Origin: an uncultured Porticoccus sp. | Lineage (GTDB): Bacteria > Pseudomonadota > Gammaproteobacteria > Pseudomonadales > Porticoccaceae | Reading direction: 5' to 3' | DNA length: 64,000 nucleotides | Assembly (NCBI GenBank): GCA_943846655.1 | Contig: OX044352.1 | Coordinates: forward strand, 399,216-463,215 | Part shown: in pieces, positions 11,047 to 21,524 of the stretch | How positions within the stretch are numbered: position 1 is the stretch's first letter | How the letters are laid out: each line of letters opens with the position of its first letter | Notes under the pieces: model-generated | What the model was told of the DNA's origin: nothing | Seen by the model: the letters and a program-made list of their open reading frames with translations, nothing else | Databases searched by the model: none | Translations under genes and position numbers: made by a program

Positions 11047-11745
11047 GTGAATATGACTGACGTGCCTGAAAATTTAGCAAATATACATAAGCGAGTTAAT
11101 CTGGCTCTAGAAAGTTCGGGTCGGCCTGCAAAAGATATTATTCTCGTTGCTGCTAGTAAAGGTCAGTCGTCTGATGTCATAAGAGTTGCTTATGAGTGTG
11201 GACAAAGGCATTTTGGCGAAAATTATTTGCAAGAAGCGCAAAAAAAACAGTATGAACTAGCCGACTTATTAGATATATGTTGGCATTTCATAGGTCCGAT
11301 ACAGTCTAATAAAACAAGTAAGATATCAAATAATTTTGACTGGGTTCATACTGTTGATAGAGTAAAAATAGCTGAAAGGCTGAGTAACTCAAGAGACGCT
11401 AGCAAGCCTTTACTTAATATATGCATGCAAGTGAATGTTAGCGAAGAGATTACTAAATCGGGAGTTTCCTTACATGACTGCATTAAAATTGCTAATATAA
11501 TTTCAACTTACCCTTATTTAAACCTCAGAGGCTTAATGGCAATGCCTAAAAATAATATGAGTCATGAAGAACATAAAAAAGTGTGCGAAACTATGTCAAA
11601 CCTTTTACTAGAAACAAGGATTAATTCATCTAAATCAGCCACACTGGATACACTTTCTATGGGTATGTCATCAGACTTTGAACGAGCAATTAAAGAAGGT
11701 GCAAATATAGTCAGGCTAGGCTCAGCTATTTTTGGCACAAGATAA
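11047..11745 (+). CDS. yggS: Pyridoxal phosphate homeostasis protein YggS
   Basis: LVAASK, FGENYLQE, WHFIGPIQSNK, LRGLM, LSMGMSSD, VRLGSAIFG. Confidence 0.95.
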   Translation: MNMTDVPENLANIHKRVNLALESSGRPAKDIILVAASKGQSSDVIRVAYECGQRHFGENYLQEAQKKQYELADLLDICWHFIGPIQSNKTSKISNNFDWVHTVDRVKIAERLSNSRDASKPLLNICMQVNVSEEITKSGVSLHDCIKIANIISTYPYLNLRGLMAMPKNNMSHEEHKKVCETMSNLLLETRINSSKSATLDTLSMGMSSDFERAIKEGANIVRLGSAIFGTR

Positions 11746-11778
11746 CTATTAAAAAAATTAATAACTAAGGGCATTCAT

Positions 11779-12612
11779 GTGGATAAACCAAAGCTAGCAT
11801 TTATAGGTGGGGGCAATATGGCTAAAAGCCTTATAGGTGGCCTTATAGATAAAGGTTTTTCATCGAGATGTATCTCCGTTAGTGATCCAGTAAAAAGAAA
11901 TCTTGACCAGTTGAATCGTAAGTTTGGTATAGCTACTACTTCAGATAACTCTATTGCGGCTAAAGACGTTGACTTAATAGTGCTGTGTGTTAAGCCACAA
12001 ATACTTGAATCGGTCTGTAAGGAGCTCCAAGCTTCTTTAAATCAAACGCCCCCGGCAATTTCTATTGCCGCTGGTATACCTCTATCGTTGCTTATGGATT
12101 GGTTAGGAGAAGACACACCGATCATTAGATGTATGCCTAATACACCTGCACTAGTCCAAAGTGGAGCTGCAGGAATGTTTGCAAATCAAAAAGTTGATAA
12201 AAAATTACGTAATCTAGCTGAAGAAATTTTTGATGCTGTTGGTTTATGCTGTTGGCTGGAAAAAGAAGAGGATATAGATCTTGTTACTGCAGTTTCTGGA
12301 AGCGGACCTGCATATTTTTTTCTCTTTATGGAGGCTATGGAAAAAGTAGCTATAGATTTAGGCTTAGATCAAGAGATTTCTAGAAAATTGATTATACAGA
12401 CCGTATTAGGCGCAGCAAAAATGGCAGCAGAATCTGACATGAATCCTTCCGAACTTAGATCTTGCGTTACTTCACCTGGTGGGACAACAGAAAAGGCTGT
12501 TAATGCTTTCCTTGAGGGAGATATTATGGGGCTATTTAATAAAGCAATGAATAAAGCTCTAGAAAGAGCTACGGAAATGGCAAAAGAAGCTGAAAATAAC
12601 ACCCATAATTAG
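11779..12612 (+). CDS. proC: Pyrroline-5-carboxylate reductase
   Basis: FIGGGNMA, VKPQ, RCMPNTP, AVSGSGPAY, VTSPGGTT. Confidence 0.97.
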   Translation: MDKPKLAFIGGGNMAKSLIGGLIDKGFSSRCISVSDPVKRNLDQLNRKFGIATTSDNSIAAKDVDLIVLCVKPQILESVCKELQASLNQTPPAISIAAGIPLSLLMDWLGEDTPIIRCMPNTPALVQSGAAGMFANQKVDKKLRNLAEEIFDAVGLCCWLEKEEDIDLVTAVSGSGPAYFFLFMEAMEKVAIDLGLDQEISRKLIIQTVLGAAKMAAESDMNPSELRSCVTSPGGTTEKAVNAFLEGDIMGLFNKAMNKALERATEMAKEAENNTHN

Positions 12613-12679
12613 AGTATAATTTATTTATAGCTTGTTTCCCTATAAAGAATACGGCCACCACTAACCGGCAAAAATACCT

Positions 12680-13267
12680 ATGACAACAATGAGTGCAGTA
12701 TCTACTTATTTAGTACAAACTTTAGGAAGTTTCTTTCTTACTCTAGTAATTTTACGTTTTTTATTACAACTAGTTAAAGCAGATTTCTACAATCCTATAT
12801 CTCTATTTATAGTAAATGCGACCCAATTAGCAAGTAGCCCTATCCGAGCATTACTGCCAGCATTTAGATCCTTTGATGTAGCTAGCTTAGTGCTTGCAAT
12901 TCTTCTTCAATGGATAATTATACAGCTCACTTATACTATTAATAATTTGGGTGTTGTGAATTTTTTTATAGCTATTTCTTGGGGTTTTGTTGGTATTCTA
13001 TCAATGATTTTAAATATTTATATGTATGGTCTGCTTGCAACAATTGTTATTAGTTGGATTGCACCCCAAAGCCAACACCCCGCAATTACACTTATAAATC
13101 AAATTATATATCCAGCAATGGATCCGTTTAGAAAGCTAATACCACCATTAGGTATGATAGATTTATCGCCTATGCTCTTTTTTATAGTCTTAAATGTGAT
13201 CGATTACTTTATATACGGAATAGCAACAGAGCTTATGTTGCCATCCCATATAGTAGCTGGCATCTAG
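12680..13267 (+). CDS. yggT: YggT family membrane protein
   Basis: LRFLLQLVKADFYNPIS and IDLSP motifs in a duplicated YGGT arrangement; canonical position after proC. Confidence 0.92.
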   Translation: MTTMSAVSTYLVQTLGSFFLTLVILRFLLQLVKADFYNPISLFIVNATQLASSPIRALLPAFRSFDVASLVLAILLQWIIIQLTYTINNLGVVNFFIAISWGFVGILSMILNIYMYGLLATIVISWIAPQSQHPAITLINQIIYPAMDPFRKLIPPLGMIDLSPMLFFIVLNVIDYFIYGIATELMLPSHIVAGI

Positions 13268-13271
13268 ATGT

Positions 13272-13994
13272 CTATTGTTTCAATAATGCCTCATTTTGTA
13301 GTTTTAATAGATGATTAATACCGCTTTTGGCAAGACCTAACATCTCATTAAGTTGCTGGTGCGTAAAAGGAGCCGCTTCAGCAGTACCTTGAATTTCAAT
13401 AAACCCTCCGTCACTATTCATGACAATGTTCATGTCGGTCTCTGCTGTTGAATCTTCGTCATAGTCTAAATCTAATATTGAGTGTCCCTCAAAAACACCG
13501 ACTGAGACAGATGCAACCATCCCAATGAGTGGATTTTTTTTAATTTTCCCTGCTTGTTGAAGACTTATAAGGGCGTCACTGAGTGCAACACAGGCTCCTG
13601 TAATAGAAGCTGTACGTGTGCCCCCATCCGCCTGAATAACGTCACAGTCTATTTTAATAGTATTTTCTCCTAAGACACTGAGATCAATCACTGCTCTCAA
13701 AGAACGACCTATTAGCCTCTGGATTTCCTGCGTCCTTCCGGATTGTTTACCTCGGCTGGCCTCCCTGTTCATTCTTGAATTGGTGGAGCGAGGTAGCATG
13801 CCGTACTCTGCTGTAACCCAGCCTTGCCCCTTCCCTCGCAAAAAATGTGGGACATTATTTTCTACACTAGCTGTGCAAATTACCTTGGTATCACCGAATT
13901 CAATGAGAACCGATCCCTCAGCATGTTTAGTAAAGTTTCGCGTAATTTTAATATCACGTAATTGATTTAAAGAACGGCCACTGGGTCGATTCAT
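13272..13994 (-). CDS. rph: Ribonuclease PH
   Basis: [45 protein letters not shown]. Confidence 0.97.
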   Translation of the reverse strand: MNRPSGRSLNQLRDIKITRNFTKHAEGSVLIEFGDTKVICTASVENNVPHFLRGKGQGWVTAEYGMLPRSTNSRMNREASRGKQSGRTQEIQRLIGRSLRAVIDLSVLGENTIKIDCDVIQADGGTRTASITGACVALSDALISLQQAGKIKKNPLIGMVASVSVGVFEGHSILDLDYDEDSTAETDMNIVMNSDGGFIEIQGTAEAAPFTHQQLNEMLGLAKSGINHLLKLQNEALLKQ

Positions 13995-14156
13995 ATTATT
14001 TGCTTCCCTTAAAATGAACTTTTATTTTAACTGATTTATTTCGCTTATATACCTTCATGTTAATATATGATGAAATAATTTTATTTTTAAGCGATAGATT
14101 CCATAAATCGAATCTCTTTATCATTTACAAAATAATAATTGGAGGAAGTAAATTAG

Positions 14157-14774
14157 ATGTCTAAAGCAGGGACACTCTATATAGTTTCGGCACCCTCTGG
14201 TGCAGGAAAAACAACTTTAGTTGGAGCTCTATTAAAAAATATGCCTGATATAAAGGCTTCTATATCTCATACAACTCGACCAATGAGACCAGGCGAAAAA
14301 GAAGGGGTCAATTACCACTTCGTAAGTGAAGAAATGTTTCTTTCGTTAATAAATAAAGAAGCCTTTTTGGAACATGCTCAAGTATTTAACCATTTTTATG
14401 GTACATCGAAAGAATGGGTTGAAAAAACACTATCTGAGGGAATAGATGTAATTCTGGAAATCGATTGGCAGGGCGCTGAACAAATTAGAGATTTAATACC
14501 TGAAAGTAAAAGTATTTTTATACTACCCCCATCTCTTGAGGCACTGGAAGAGCGACTAATAAAACGTGGTCAAGACGATCCAACCGTTATTAAACGACGT
14601 CTTGCTGCTGCAAAAGAGGAAATCTCGCACTATATGATGGCTGATTACCTTTTAATTAATGATGGATTTGATGAAACATTGGTGGAGTTCAACTCGATTA
14701 TATTGCATGAACGTCTGAAACTTCAGTCTCAAAAACAAAAAAATCTCAATTTACTCAATAGCTTGTTGTCCTAA
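14157..14774 (+). CDS. gmk: Guanylate kinase
   Basis: SAPSGAGKTT, SHTTRPMRPGE, LEIDWQGA, ILPPS. Confidence 0.97.
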   Translation: MSKAGTLYIVSAPSGAGKTTLVGALLKNMPDIKASISHTTRPMRPGEKEGVNYHFVSEEMFLSLINKEAFLEHAQVFNHFYGTSKEWVEKTLSEGIDVILEIDWQGAEQIRDLIPESKSIFILPPSLEALEERLIKRGQDDPTVIKRRLAAAKEEISHYMMADYLLINDGFDETLVEFNSIILHERLKLQSQKQKNLNLLNSLLS

Positions 14775-14856
14775 AACCAGCAATTTTGTACAATGAATGA
14801 TCAAAATTGTGATATTAATTTTTTAACTGTAAATACTAACTATAACGGATCCACAC

Positions 14857-15207
14857 ATGGCCAGAATTACCGTAGAAGACTGCTTAAAAAATGTAGATAA
14901 CCGCTTCGAGCTTGTAATGGTTAGCTCTAAAAGAGCGCGCCAAATTGCTTTGGGCGAAAAAGAAGCTTTGGTGCCAATAGAAAATGATAAGCCTACAGTT
15001 GTTGCTTTACGAGAAATTGAGCAAGGTTTGATAACGGCTGATATCCTAATAGAGAAAAAGCCAAATGATTTTTCTTTGGGTTCTGAAGTAATGTCTGAAT
15101 CAGACGAGCACAACTCAGATGATGATAATTCAACTGATGATTCTTCATTAAAAAGCGATGTTTCTGCTGAAAATTCTATCTCACCTCACAACACAGAAGC
15201 AGTATAA
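14857..15207 (+). CDS. rpoZ: RNA polymerase omega subunit with a long acidic C-terminal region
   Basis: [33 protein letters not shown]; between gmk and spoT. Confidence 0.96.
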   Translation: MARITVEDCLKNVDNRFELVMVSSKRARQIALGEKEALVPIENDKPTVVALREIEQGLITADILIEKKPNDFSLGSEVMSESDEHNSDDDNSTDDSSLKSDVSAENSISPHNTEAV

Positions 15208-15228
15208 CAAGATGGAGGAGATGAAATC

Positions 15229-17340
15229 TTGGTAACCTCTAAGGTAGCCGAGGCTTTTGGTCAGAAACTCTCCCCATACCTCGAAACGAATCAAATCTAT
15301 AGTGTCCTGCAAGCATATAAGTTCGCAGAACAATGTCACGAAGGTCAAATCAGACAGACGGGTGAACCATATATAACTCATCCTCTTGCTGTAGCAACAA
15401 TTCTCGCTGAAATGCATTTAGATCACGAGGGGATAATGGCTGCACTACTGCATGACGTTCTCGAAGATACACATGTGAATAAAAAGGAGCTTAAGGATCT
15501 TTTTGGTAACACGGTTGCGGATTTAGTCGACGGGCTCACTAAACTAGATGAAATAGAAACAACGTCAAGAGCTGAGAGACAGGCAGATAGCTTTCAAAAA
15601 ATGACTCTTGCTATGTCAAAAGATGTAAGAGTGATGCTTATAAAGTTGGCCGATAGGCTTCATAATATGAGGACACTAGAGGGCTTAAGCCCAGAAAAAC
15701 GTCGCAGGGTTGCACGAGAAACCCTAGAAATTTATGCGCCCATAGCGCAAAGGTTAGGAATCAACAATGTCAGGGTAGAGTTTGAAGAACTAGGTTTTTC
15801 ATCTATGTATCCTGTCCGACATAAAAGAATGATGGAAGCACTTAAAGTTGCACGTGGTCCACGACGCGAAATCGTTAAGGAAATTAAAGATAGTATAGAT
15901 AATCGACTGGATAAGGAGTCTATAGGGGCTGAAGTTACAGGTAGAGAGAAACATCTCTGGAGTATCTACCAAAAAATGAAAACTAAGAAGAAATCCTTTC
16001 GAGATATCATGGATGTTTTCGCCTTTCGCATCGTTGTTGAATCTGTGGACGACTGCTATCGTACGTTAGGTATTATGCATAATCTATTTAAGCCAGTAGC
16101 TGGTGAATTCAAGGACTATATTGCCATACCTAAGGTCAATGGGTATCAATCCCTACATAATATTTTAGTAGGCATGCATGGGGTACTAATTGAAATTCAG
16201 ATTAGAACAAAAGATATGGACGATATGGCAAATTACGGTATTGCTGCGCACTGGCTTTATAAATCTCAAGATGAAGGAAATCCGAGAGCTTATAGATGGA
16301 TACAGGGTTTATTAGAGATACAAAAGCGGGCGGGCGATTCACTAGAATTTATTGAACATGTAAAAACAGATTTATTTCCAGACGAAGTTTATGTTTTTAC
16401 AACAAAAGGTGAAATTATTTCTCTTCCTCAAGGTGCCACGCCAGTAGATTTTGCTTATGCAGTTCACACTGCACTTGGTAACACCTGTATCGCTTGCAAA
16501 AGTAATGGTCAATTAATTTCTCTTTCGGAAAGAATTGAAAGTGGGGTCAGAATTGAGATTATTACAGCTAAAGATGCCCAGCCAAACCCATCTTGGCTAA
16601 ATTTCGTGATGACAGCTAAAGCTCGAAGTGGAATACGTCATTTTCTTAAGCATCAACAACACGACGATTCTGTTATATTAGGAAAAAATCTCCTCGATAG
16701 GGCTCTTGGTAGTTTCGGTACAAACTATAAAAGTATCCGAAAATCTTGGATCAAAAGAGCTCTAAAAGAAACAGGCTGCACTAAATTTGAAGAAGTACTT
16801 CAACAAATTGGTCTAGGTGATAGAATGGCGTATGCATTGGCTAATCTTATGGCTCCTCCGTCAATGCGAAAAGACATCATACCCGAAAAATTCGAATCAC
16901 CTATTATGATTGATACAAGAGAAGGTTTAATTATAAACTATGCTCGTTGCTGTCATCCTATACCAGGCGACTCTATACTAGGTCACCTCAGTCCCGGCAA
17001 AGGGCTTGTTGTCCATATAGATATCTGCAAGAACCTTGATGAAATTCGCACTAATAAAGAAAAGTGTATACCTCTCAATTGGTCTACTAAGTTAAAGGGT
17101 GATTTTGCAGTAGCATTAAAGGTTGAATTAGCCTCTGAGAGGGGTATCGTTGCTTCATTAGCTTCACGCATTTCAGAGACAGAGGCCGCAATACTAAAAA
17201 TTCAAACAGAAGAAAGAGATGGTTTCTCTATGATTATCGATTTACTAATTGAGGTAAAAAGTCGACTTCACTTAGCTCGAGTTATCAAACGTATCAGAAT
17301 TTTAAAACAAGTACAACGGGTATACCGTACAACTAACTAA
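15229..17340 (+). CDS. spoT: Bifunctional (p)ppGpp synthetase/hydrolase SpoT
   Basis: Intact HD motif (LLHDVLEDT), KLADRLHNMRT, GYQSLH, TGS and ACT domains; rpoZ-spoT synteny. Confidence 0.96.
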   Translation: MVTSKVAEAFGQKLSPYLETNQIYSVLQAYKFAEQCHEGQIRQTGEPYITHPLAVATILAEMHLDHEGIMAALLHDVLEDTHVNKKELKDLFGNTVADLVDGLTKLDEIETTSRAERQADSFQKMTLAMSKDVRVMLIKLADRLHNMRTLEGLSPEKRRRVARETLEIYAPIAQRLGINNVRVEFEELGFSSMYPVRHKRMMEALKVARGPRREIVKEIKDSIDNRLDKESIGAEVTGREKHLWSIYQKMKTKKKSFRDIMDVFAFRIVVESVDDCYRTLGIMHNLFKPVAGEFKDYIAIPKVNGYQSLHNILVGMHGVLIEIQIRTKDMDDMANYGIAAHWLYKSQDEGNPRAYRWIQGLLEIQKRAGDSLEFIEHVKTDLFPDEVYVFTTKGEIISLPQGATPVDFAYAVHTALGNTCIACKSNGQLISLSERIESGVRIEIITAKDAQPNPSWLNFVMTAKARSGIRHFLKHQQHDDSVILGKNLLDRALGSFGTNYKSIRKSWIKRALKETGCTKFEEVLQQIGLGDRMAYALANLMAPPSMRKDIIPEKFESPIMIDTREGLIINYARCCHPIPGDSILGHLSPGKGLVVHIDICKNLDEIRTNKEKCIPLNWSTKLKGDFAVALKVELASERGIVASLASRISETEAAILKIQTEERDGFSMIIDLLIEVKSRLHLARVIKRIRILKQVQRVYRTTN

Positions 17341-17354
17341 CATAGGACATCCAT

Positions 17355-17738
17355 ATGATTAATAAAGCCATCATAAATACAGAGAATGCTCCTGCGGCTA
17401 TTGGAACTTACTCGCAAGCAATTAAGGTGAATAATACTGTATATTTATCTGGCCAAATCCCACTTGATCCAAAATCTATGGAACTGGTAGAAGGTGGTAT
17501 CGAGTCTGAAATAAATCAAGTTTTCAATAATCTGGCTGCTATATGCCAAGCAGCGGGTGGTGACTTAAAAAATATAGTGAAATTAAACGTATACCTAACC
17601 GATCTAGCCAATTTTTCTATAGTCAACACTATCATGGCTTCTCATTTTGAGGAGCCCTATCCAGCAAGAGCTGCAATTGGAATTAGTCGGTTGCCAAAAG
17701 AAGCTGAGGTAGAAATGGACGCCATTATGGTAATTTAA
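17355..17738 (+). CDS. ridA: RidA family enamine/imine deaminase
   Basis: APAAIGTYSQA, SGQIPLDP, YPARAAIG, LPK..EVEMDA. Confidence 0.93.
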   Translation: MINKAIINTENAPAAIGTYSQAIKVNNTVYLSGQIPLDPKSMELVEGGIESEINQVFNNLAAICQAAGGDLKNIVKLNVYLTDLANFSIVNTIMASHFEEPYPARAAIGISRLPKEAEVEMDAIMVI

Positions 17739-18648
17739 AAGTAGAATTATTTTCTAACAACAATGGTATATAGCCTTTTTTAAAATCTGGAAAAATAAAA
17801 TTATAGCCGCTATCTTTTATTAGTTTATTGTTACATCTACGATTAACGTTCTTATTATCTATGTTTTTAGGAATTTCATTATTTTCTTCTATTTTTACTC
17901 GCATATGGCTAGCTAGCCAGCTTTGTATTTCATAAGCCGGAACTGGCTGATTATCAGTTCCAATATATAGATCGGATATATCTTTTTTTTGTGAATACAG
18001 GTCTATTATATGAATTATGATGCCGGCACAATCTACAACATGAATTCTGTTTGTCCAGGATACTGGATGCTTAGATGCAATATTTCCTTTTTTAATTTGA
18101 TTCAATAGCCTCCCTCGACCTGGACCATATATGCCAGAAAAACGCACTACGACTGACTTTATTAATTTGCTGTTATTCGTGACTAATTCTTTAGAAATGG
18201 ATTTAACTAAATTTTCAGCCTCTAATAGCCTCTTTCCCCTATATGATTTTGAGGAAGCTACTGATGATTCATCCACCCATTCTCCGCAAGATTGACCGTA
18301 AACACCTGTGCTTGATACCCATATAATTAACTGTGGGCGATATGATATTTTCATAATAGTTGATTTTAAAACGTTCGCACCATTGACATAACTATCTAAG
18401 TATCCTTGATCGCTCATAGAATCGGGAGTTAAAGTAACAACAATAACATCAACATTTGAATTATCTAATATAGATAAAAAATTTTCACTGTCACACAGAT
18501 TTCCTTGTATCGCTTCTATATCTGATGGTAAGGCAGACGGTTTTCTCCGCATTGCAAGTGTTTGCCAATGATCATATAAGCTATTATCTGAAATCGTTCG
18601 GATTGCCCGAACACCGATATCTCCGCAACCAGCAAACAAGACTTTCAA
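17725..18648 (-). CDS. NAD-dependent epimerase/dehydratase family (atypical SDR) protein
   Basis: N-terminal AGCGDIG Rossmann motif, SSTGVYG, RFSGIYGPGR, TNRIHVVD, FPDFKKG. Confidence 0.88.
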   Translation of the reverse strand: MKVLFAGCGDIGVRAIRTISDNSLYDHWQTLAMRRKPSALPSDIEAIQGNLCDSENFLSILDNSNVDVIVVTLTPDSMSDQGYLDSYVNGANVLKSTIMKISYRPQLIIWVSSTGVYGQSCGEWVDESSVASSKSYRGKRLLEAENLVKSISKELVTNNSKLIKSVVVRFSGIYGPGRGRLLNQIKKGNIASKHPVSWTNRIHVVDCAGIIIHIIDLYSQKKDISDLYIGTDNQPVPAYEIQSWLASHMRVKIEENNEIPKNIDNKNVNRRCNNKLIKDSGYNFIFPDFKKGYIPLLLENNSTFKLP

Positions 18649-18759
18649 TTAGCTTTCCTTTTATTACTTATTTTCGCTATTATTATAAATGAAAGATCAT
18701 AAATAACCTTAACTGAATTGTTTCTATAAACCTATTTATCTAGCTGTGATTAAGCATAT

Positions 18760-20832
18760 ATGAACAGTCCAAATCTTGACCAGCTTCATGTATCTACCCT
18801 CAATGGAGTGGGGGCTCAAATCTCATCAAAATTATCCAAATTAGGGATTTATACCATACAAGATTTAGTGTTTCATTTACCACTTCGGTATATTGATAGA
18901 ACACAAATATCTCCCATCGGAACACTAGAGACTGACCAAGAGGTCGTTATTGAAGGTGAGATCATTGGGTCTGAAGTGATTTATGGTCGACGCAGAAGCT
19001 TACTTTGTCGGTTAGAAGATATAACAGGAACTATAAGTTTACGTTTTTTTCATTTTAATAGTTCTCTTCAGAGGTGCTTGAAAAAAAATACTTTTCTAAG
19101 ATGTTATGGTCAAACCAAAATTGGTAGTTCAGGAATCGAGATATACCATCCAGAATATCAATTTATTAACCCGGATAAACCCACGTCTCTTCAAGAAAAT
19201 TTGACGGCTGTTTATCCAACTACTCAGGGTATCTCTCAACAAAGAATGAGGAATATAGTGCTACAGGCACTAGCTTTGATAGATACAGGTAAGTTAGAAG
19301 AACTGCTACCAAATATATTACAAAAATTACCACTCAAAGATGAGCTAAAATTTATTCATCAGCCACCTAGTGATACTCCAATTGAAGAATTGATTAGAGG
19401 AGAACACCGCGCACAACAACGCTTAGCTTTTGAAGAGCTGCTAGCACATAATCTTAGCTTGTTGAAACTTCGCCAATCAATACAACAAAGGGGAGGGCCA
19501 ATTCTCAAAGTGAACAATATACTGCATGAAAGATTCTTAAATTCTCTGCCATTTATGCTTACTACTGCACAGAATAGGGTGAGTTTAGAGATACAAAACG
19601 ATTTAAATAGCTCTACACCCATGCTTCGACTTCTTCAGGGTGACGTTGGATCTGGCAAAACGGTTATTGCAGCAATAGCAGCACTTCAGTGTATAGCTAA
19701 TGGAAAACAGTGCGCTTTGATGGCCCCTACAGAAATTTTAGCAGAGCAGCACTTTTCATCTTTTAAGGATTGGTTAAATCCACTCGGAGTAAAGTTAGGT
19801 TGGCTCTCAGGAAAAATGAAAGGCAAGGCTAGAATACAGCAGCTAGATTCCATAGAGGATGGTTCAGCTCAAATCGTTATTGGAACACATGCGCTGTTTC
19901 AAGAGGAAGTTTGTTTTCATAATCTAGCTTTAACTATTATAGATGAACAGCACCGATTTGGTGTACATCAAAGACTTGCCCTACAAGAAAAAAGACGTAG
20001 TGGTAACCAAGTCCCACATCAACTGATAATGACAGCGACACCAATTCCTAGAACACTAGCTATGACCACATATGCTAATCTGGATGTGTCTGTTATTGAT
20101 AAAAGTCCTCCCGGTCGCTTGCCAGTCAATACAGTTGTTATGTTAGATAGGCATAGGAAAAGAGTGATTGATCGAATACAGCATGCTTGCGCTAATGGAT
20201 GTCAAGCATACTGGATATGTACGCTCATTGAGGAATCAGACATTCTGGAAGCTCAGGCAGCTGAAGTGACAGCAAAAGAACTTCACCTATTGCTTCCAAA
20301 ATTAAAAATTGGATTAGTACATGGAAGACAAAAGCCGGATGAAAAATCTACCACAATTGCAGCATTTAAGTCTGGAGAAATTCAATTACTTGTTGCTACA
20401 ACGGTAGTTGAAGTTGGTGTTGATGTACCAAATGCAAGCTTAATGATAATCGAAAATCCTGAACGGCTCGGACTTGCACAACTTCATCAACTCAGAGGTA
20501 GAGTAGGGCGCGGGAAAAAAGAAAGTCACTGTGTATTATTATATAGCCCACCTTTATCGAGAAATAGCAGTGAAAGACTAAAAGTTATGAGGCAAACAAA
20601 TGATGGATTTAAAATAGCTGAAATGGACCTTAAGCTTCGAGGAGCAGGTGAGGTTCTTGGAACTAAGCAAACAGGGGAAATGGCATTTAGGATCGCGGAC
20701 TTGAATAGAGACGCTCACCTGATATCTGAAGTACAAAAAATAGCCCAATTACTTCTATCTGAATACCCATCAAATGTCGAACTCCTCATTCAAAGGTGGC
20801 TTGGTAGTGACGAACAATATGGACAGGTATAG
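18760..20832 (+). CDS. recG: ATP-dependent DNA helicase RecG
   Basis: QGDVGSGKT, DEQHRFGV, MTATPIPRTL, TTVVEVGVDVPNA, HQLRGRVGRG. Confidence 0.97.
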   Translation: MNSPNLDQLHVSTLNGVGAQISSKLSKLGIYTIQDLVFHLPLRYIDRTQISPIGTLETDQEVVIEGEIIGSEVIYGRRRSLLCRLEDITGTISLRFFHFNSSLQRCLKKNTFLRCYGQTKIGSSGIEIYHPEYQFINPDKPTSLQENLTAVYPTTQGISQQRMRNIVLQALALIDTGKLEELLPNILQKLPLKDELKFIHQPPSDTPIEELIRGEHRAQQRLAFEELLAHNLSLLKLRQSIQQRGGPILKVNNILHERFLNSLPFMLTTAQNRVSLEIQNDLNSSTPMLRLLQGDVGSGKTVIAAIAALQCIANGKQCALMAPTEILAEQHFSSFKDWLNPLGVKLGWLSGKMKGKARIQQLDSIEDGSAQIVIGTHALFQEEVCFHNLALTIIDEQHRFGVHQRLALQEKRRSGNQVPHQLIMTATPIPRTLAMTTYANLDVSVIDKSPPGRLPVNTVVMLDRHRKRVIDRIQHACANGCQAYWICTLIEESDILEAQAAEVTAKELHLLLPKLKIGLVHGRQKPDEKSTTIAAFKSGEIQLLVATTVVEVGVDVPNASLMIIENPERLGLAQLHQLRGRVGRGKKESHCVLLYSPPLSRNSSERLKVMRQTNDGFKIAEMDLKLRGAGEVLGTKQTGEMAFRIADLNRDAHLISEVQKIAQLLLSEYPSNVELLIQRWLGSDEQYGQV

Positions 20833-20903
20833 TGTCTAATATAAAATGTAAATACAGGCTAAAATAGAAGTTTGTTGCACAACTTGTAATTATAGGAAAA
20901 ACA

Positions 20904-21482
20904 TTGACTGCTGCTAAAAAATCTAATCAAATATTTATACATGAGCCTAACTGGCACGCCTATAAAAGAACTCCTAATATCTCTATTTCACTCAATATGA
21001 GGGGTTGGCTACTTGATAGGGGGTCTTTAACGCAACGATTAATAAAACTTAGTAGGGGCAATTTTCGCGTAAAAGTTCTCAAGCAAAATATTTCCACTCC
21101 AGCACTATCAGAAACTAGGGCCTTAAAAATCCCTTTACGCCAAAAGGCACTTATTAGACAAGTTTTTCTATATTGTCACAATGAGCCACTGGTCTATGCA
21201 CGAAGTGTAATTCCACTAAGAACTTTGACCGGAAGATTAAGATATTTACAAAACCTGCAAAATAAAGCACTAGGGGCTCTTTTGTTTAAAGATGCTACTA
21301 TGAAACGGGGAATCATAGATATTGGCTCTACAAAAATTAACCCTCATTCTCGTCATAAATTTGTTACCACAAATGATTTGGAAATATGGGGTCGTCGCTC
21401 ATTATTTTATATTGATAAAAAACCATTATTGGTTAGTGAGCAATTTATGCCAGCACTTCAAAATATTATAGAACATGAGTAG
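20904..21482 (+). CDS. ubiC: Chorismate pyruvate-lyase
   Basis: WLLDRGSLTQRL, YARSVIP, LGALLF, WGRRSLF..KPLLVSE; upstream of ubiA. Confidence 0.92.
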   Translation: MTAAKKSNQIFIHEPNWHAYKRTPNISISLNMRGWLLDRGSLTQRLIKLSRGNFRVKVLKQNISTPALSETRALKIPLRQKALIRQVFLYCHNEPLVYARSVIPLRTLTGRLRYLQNLQNKALGALLFKDATMKRGIIDIGSTKINPHSRHKFVTTNDLEIWGRRSLFYIDKKPLLVSEQFMPALQNIIEHE

Positions 21483-21524
21483 TTTTAGTAAGATTTTTAA
21501 GCAATTTTCAATAATGATGATTAT

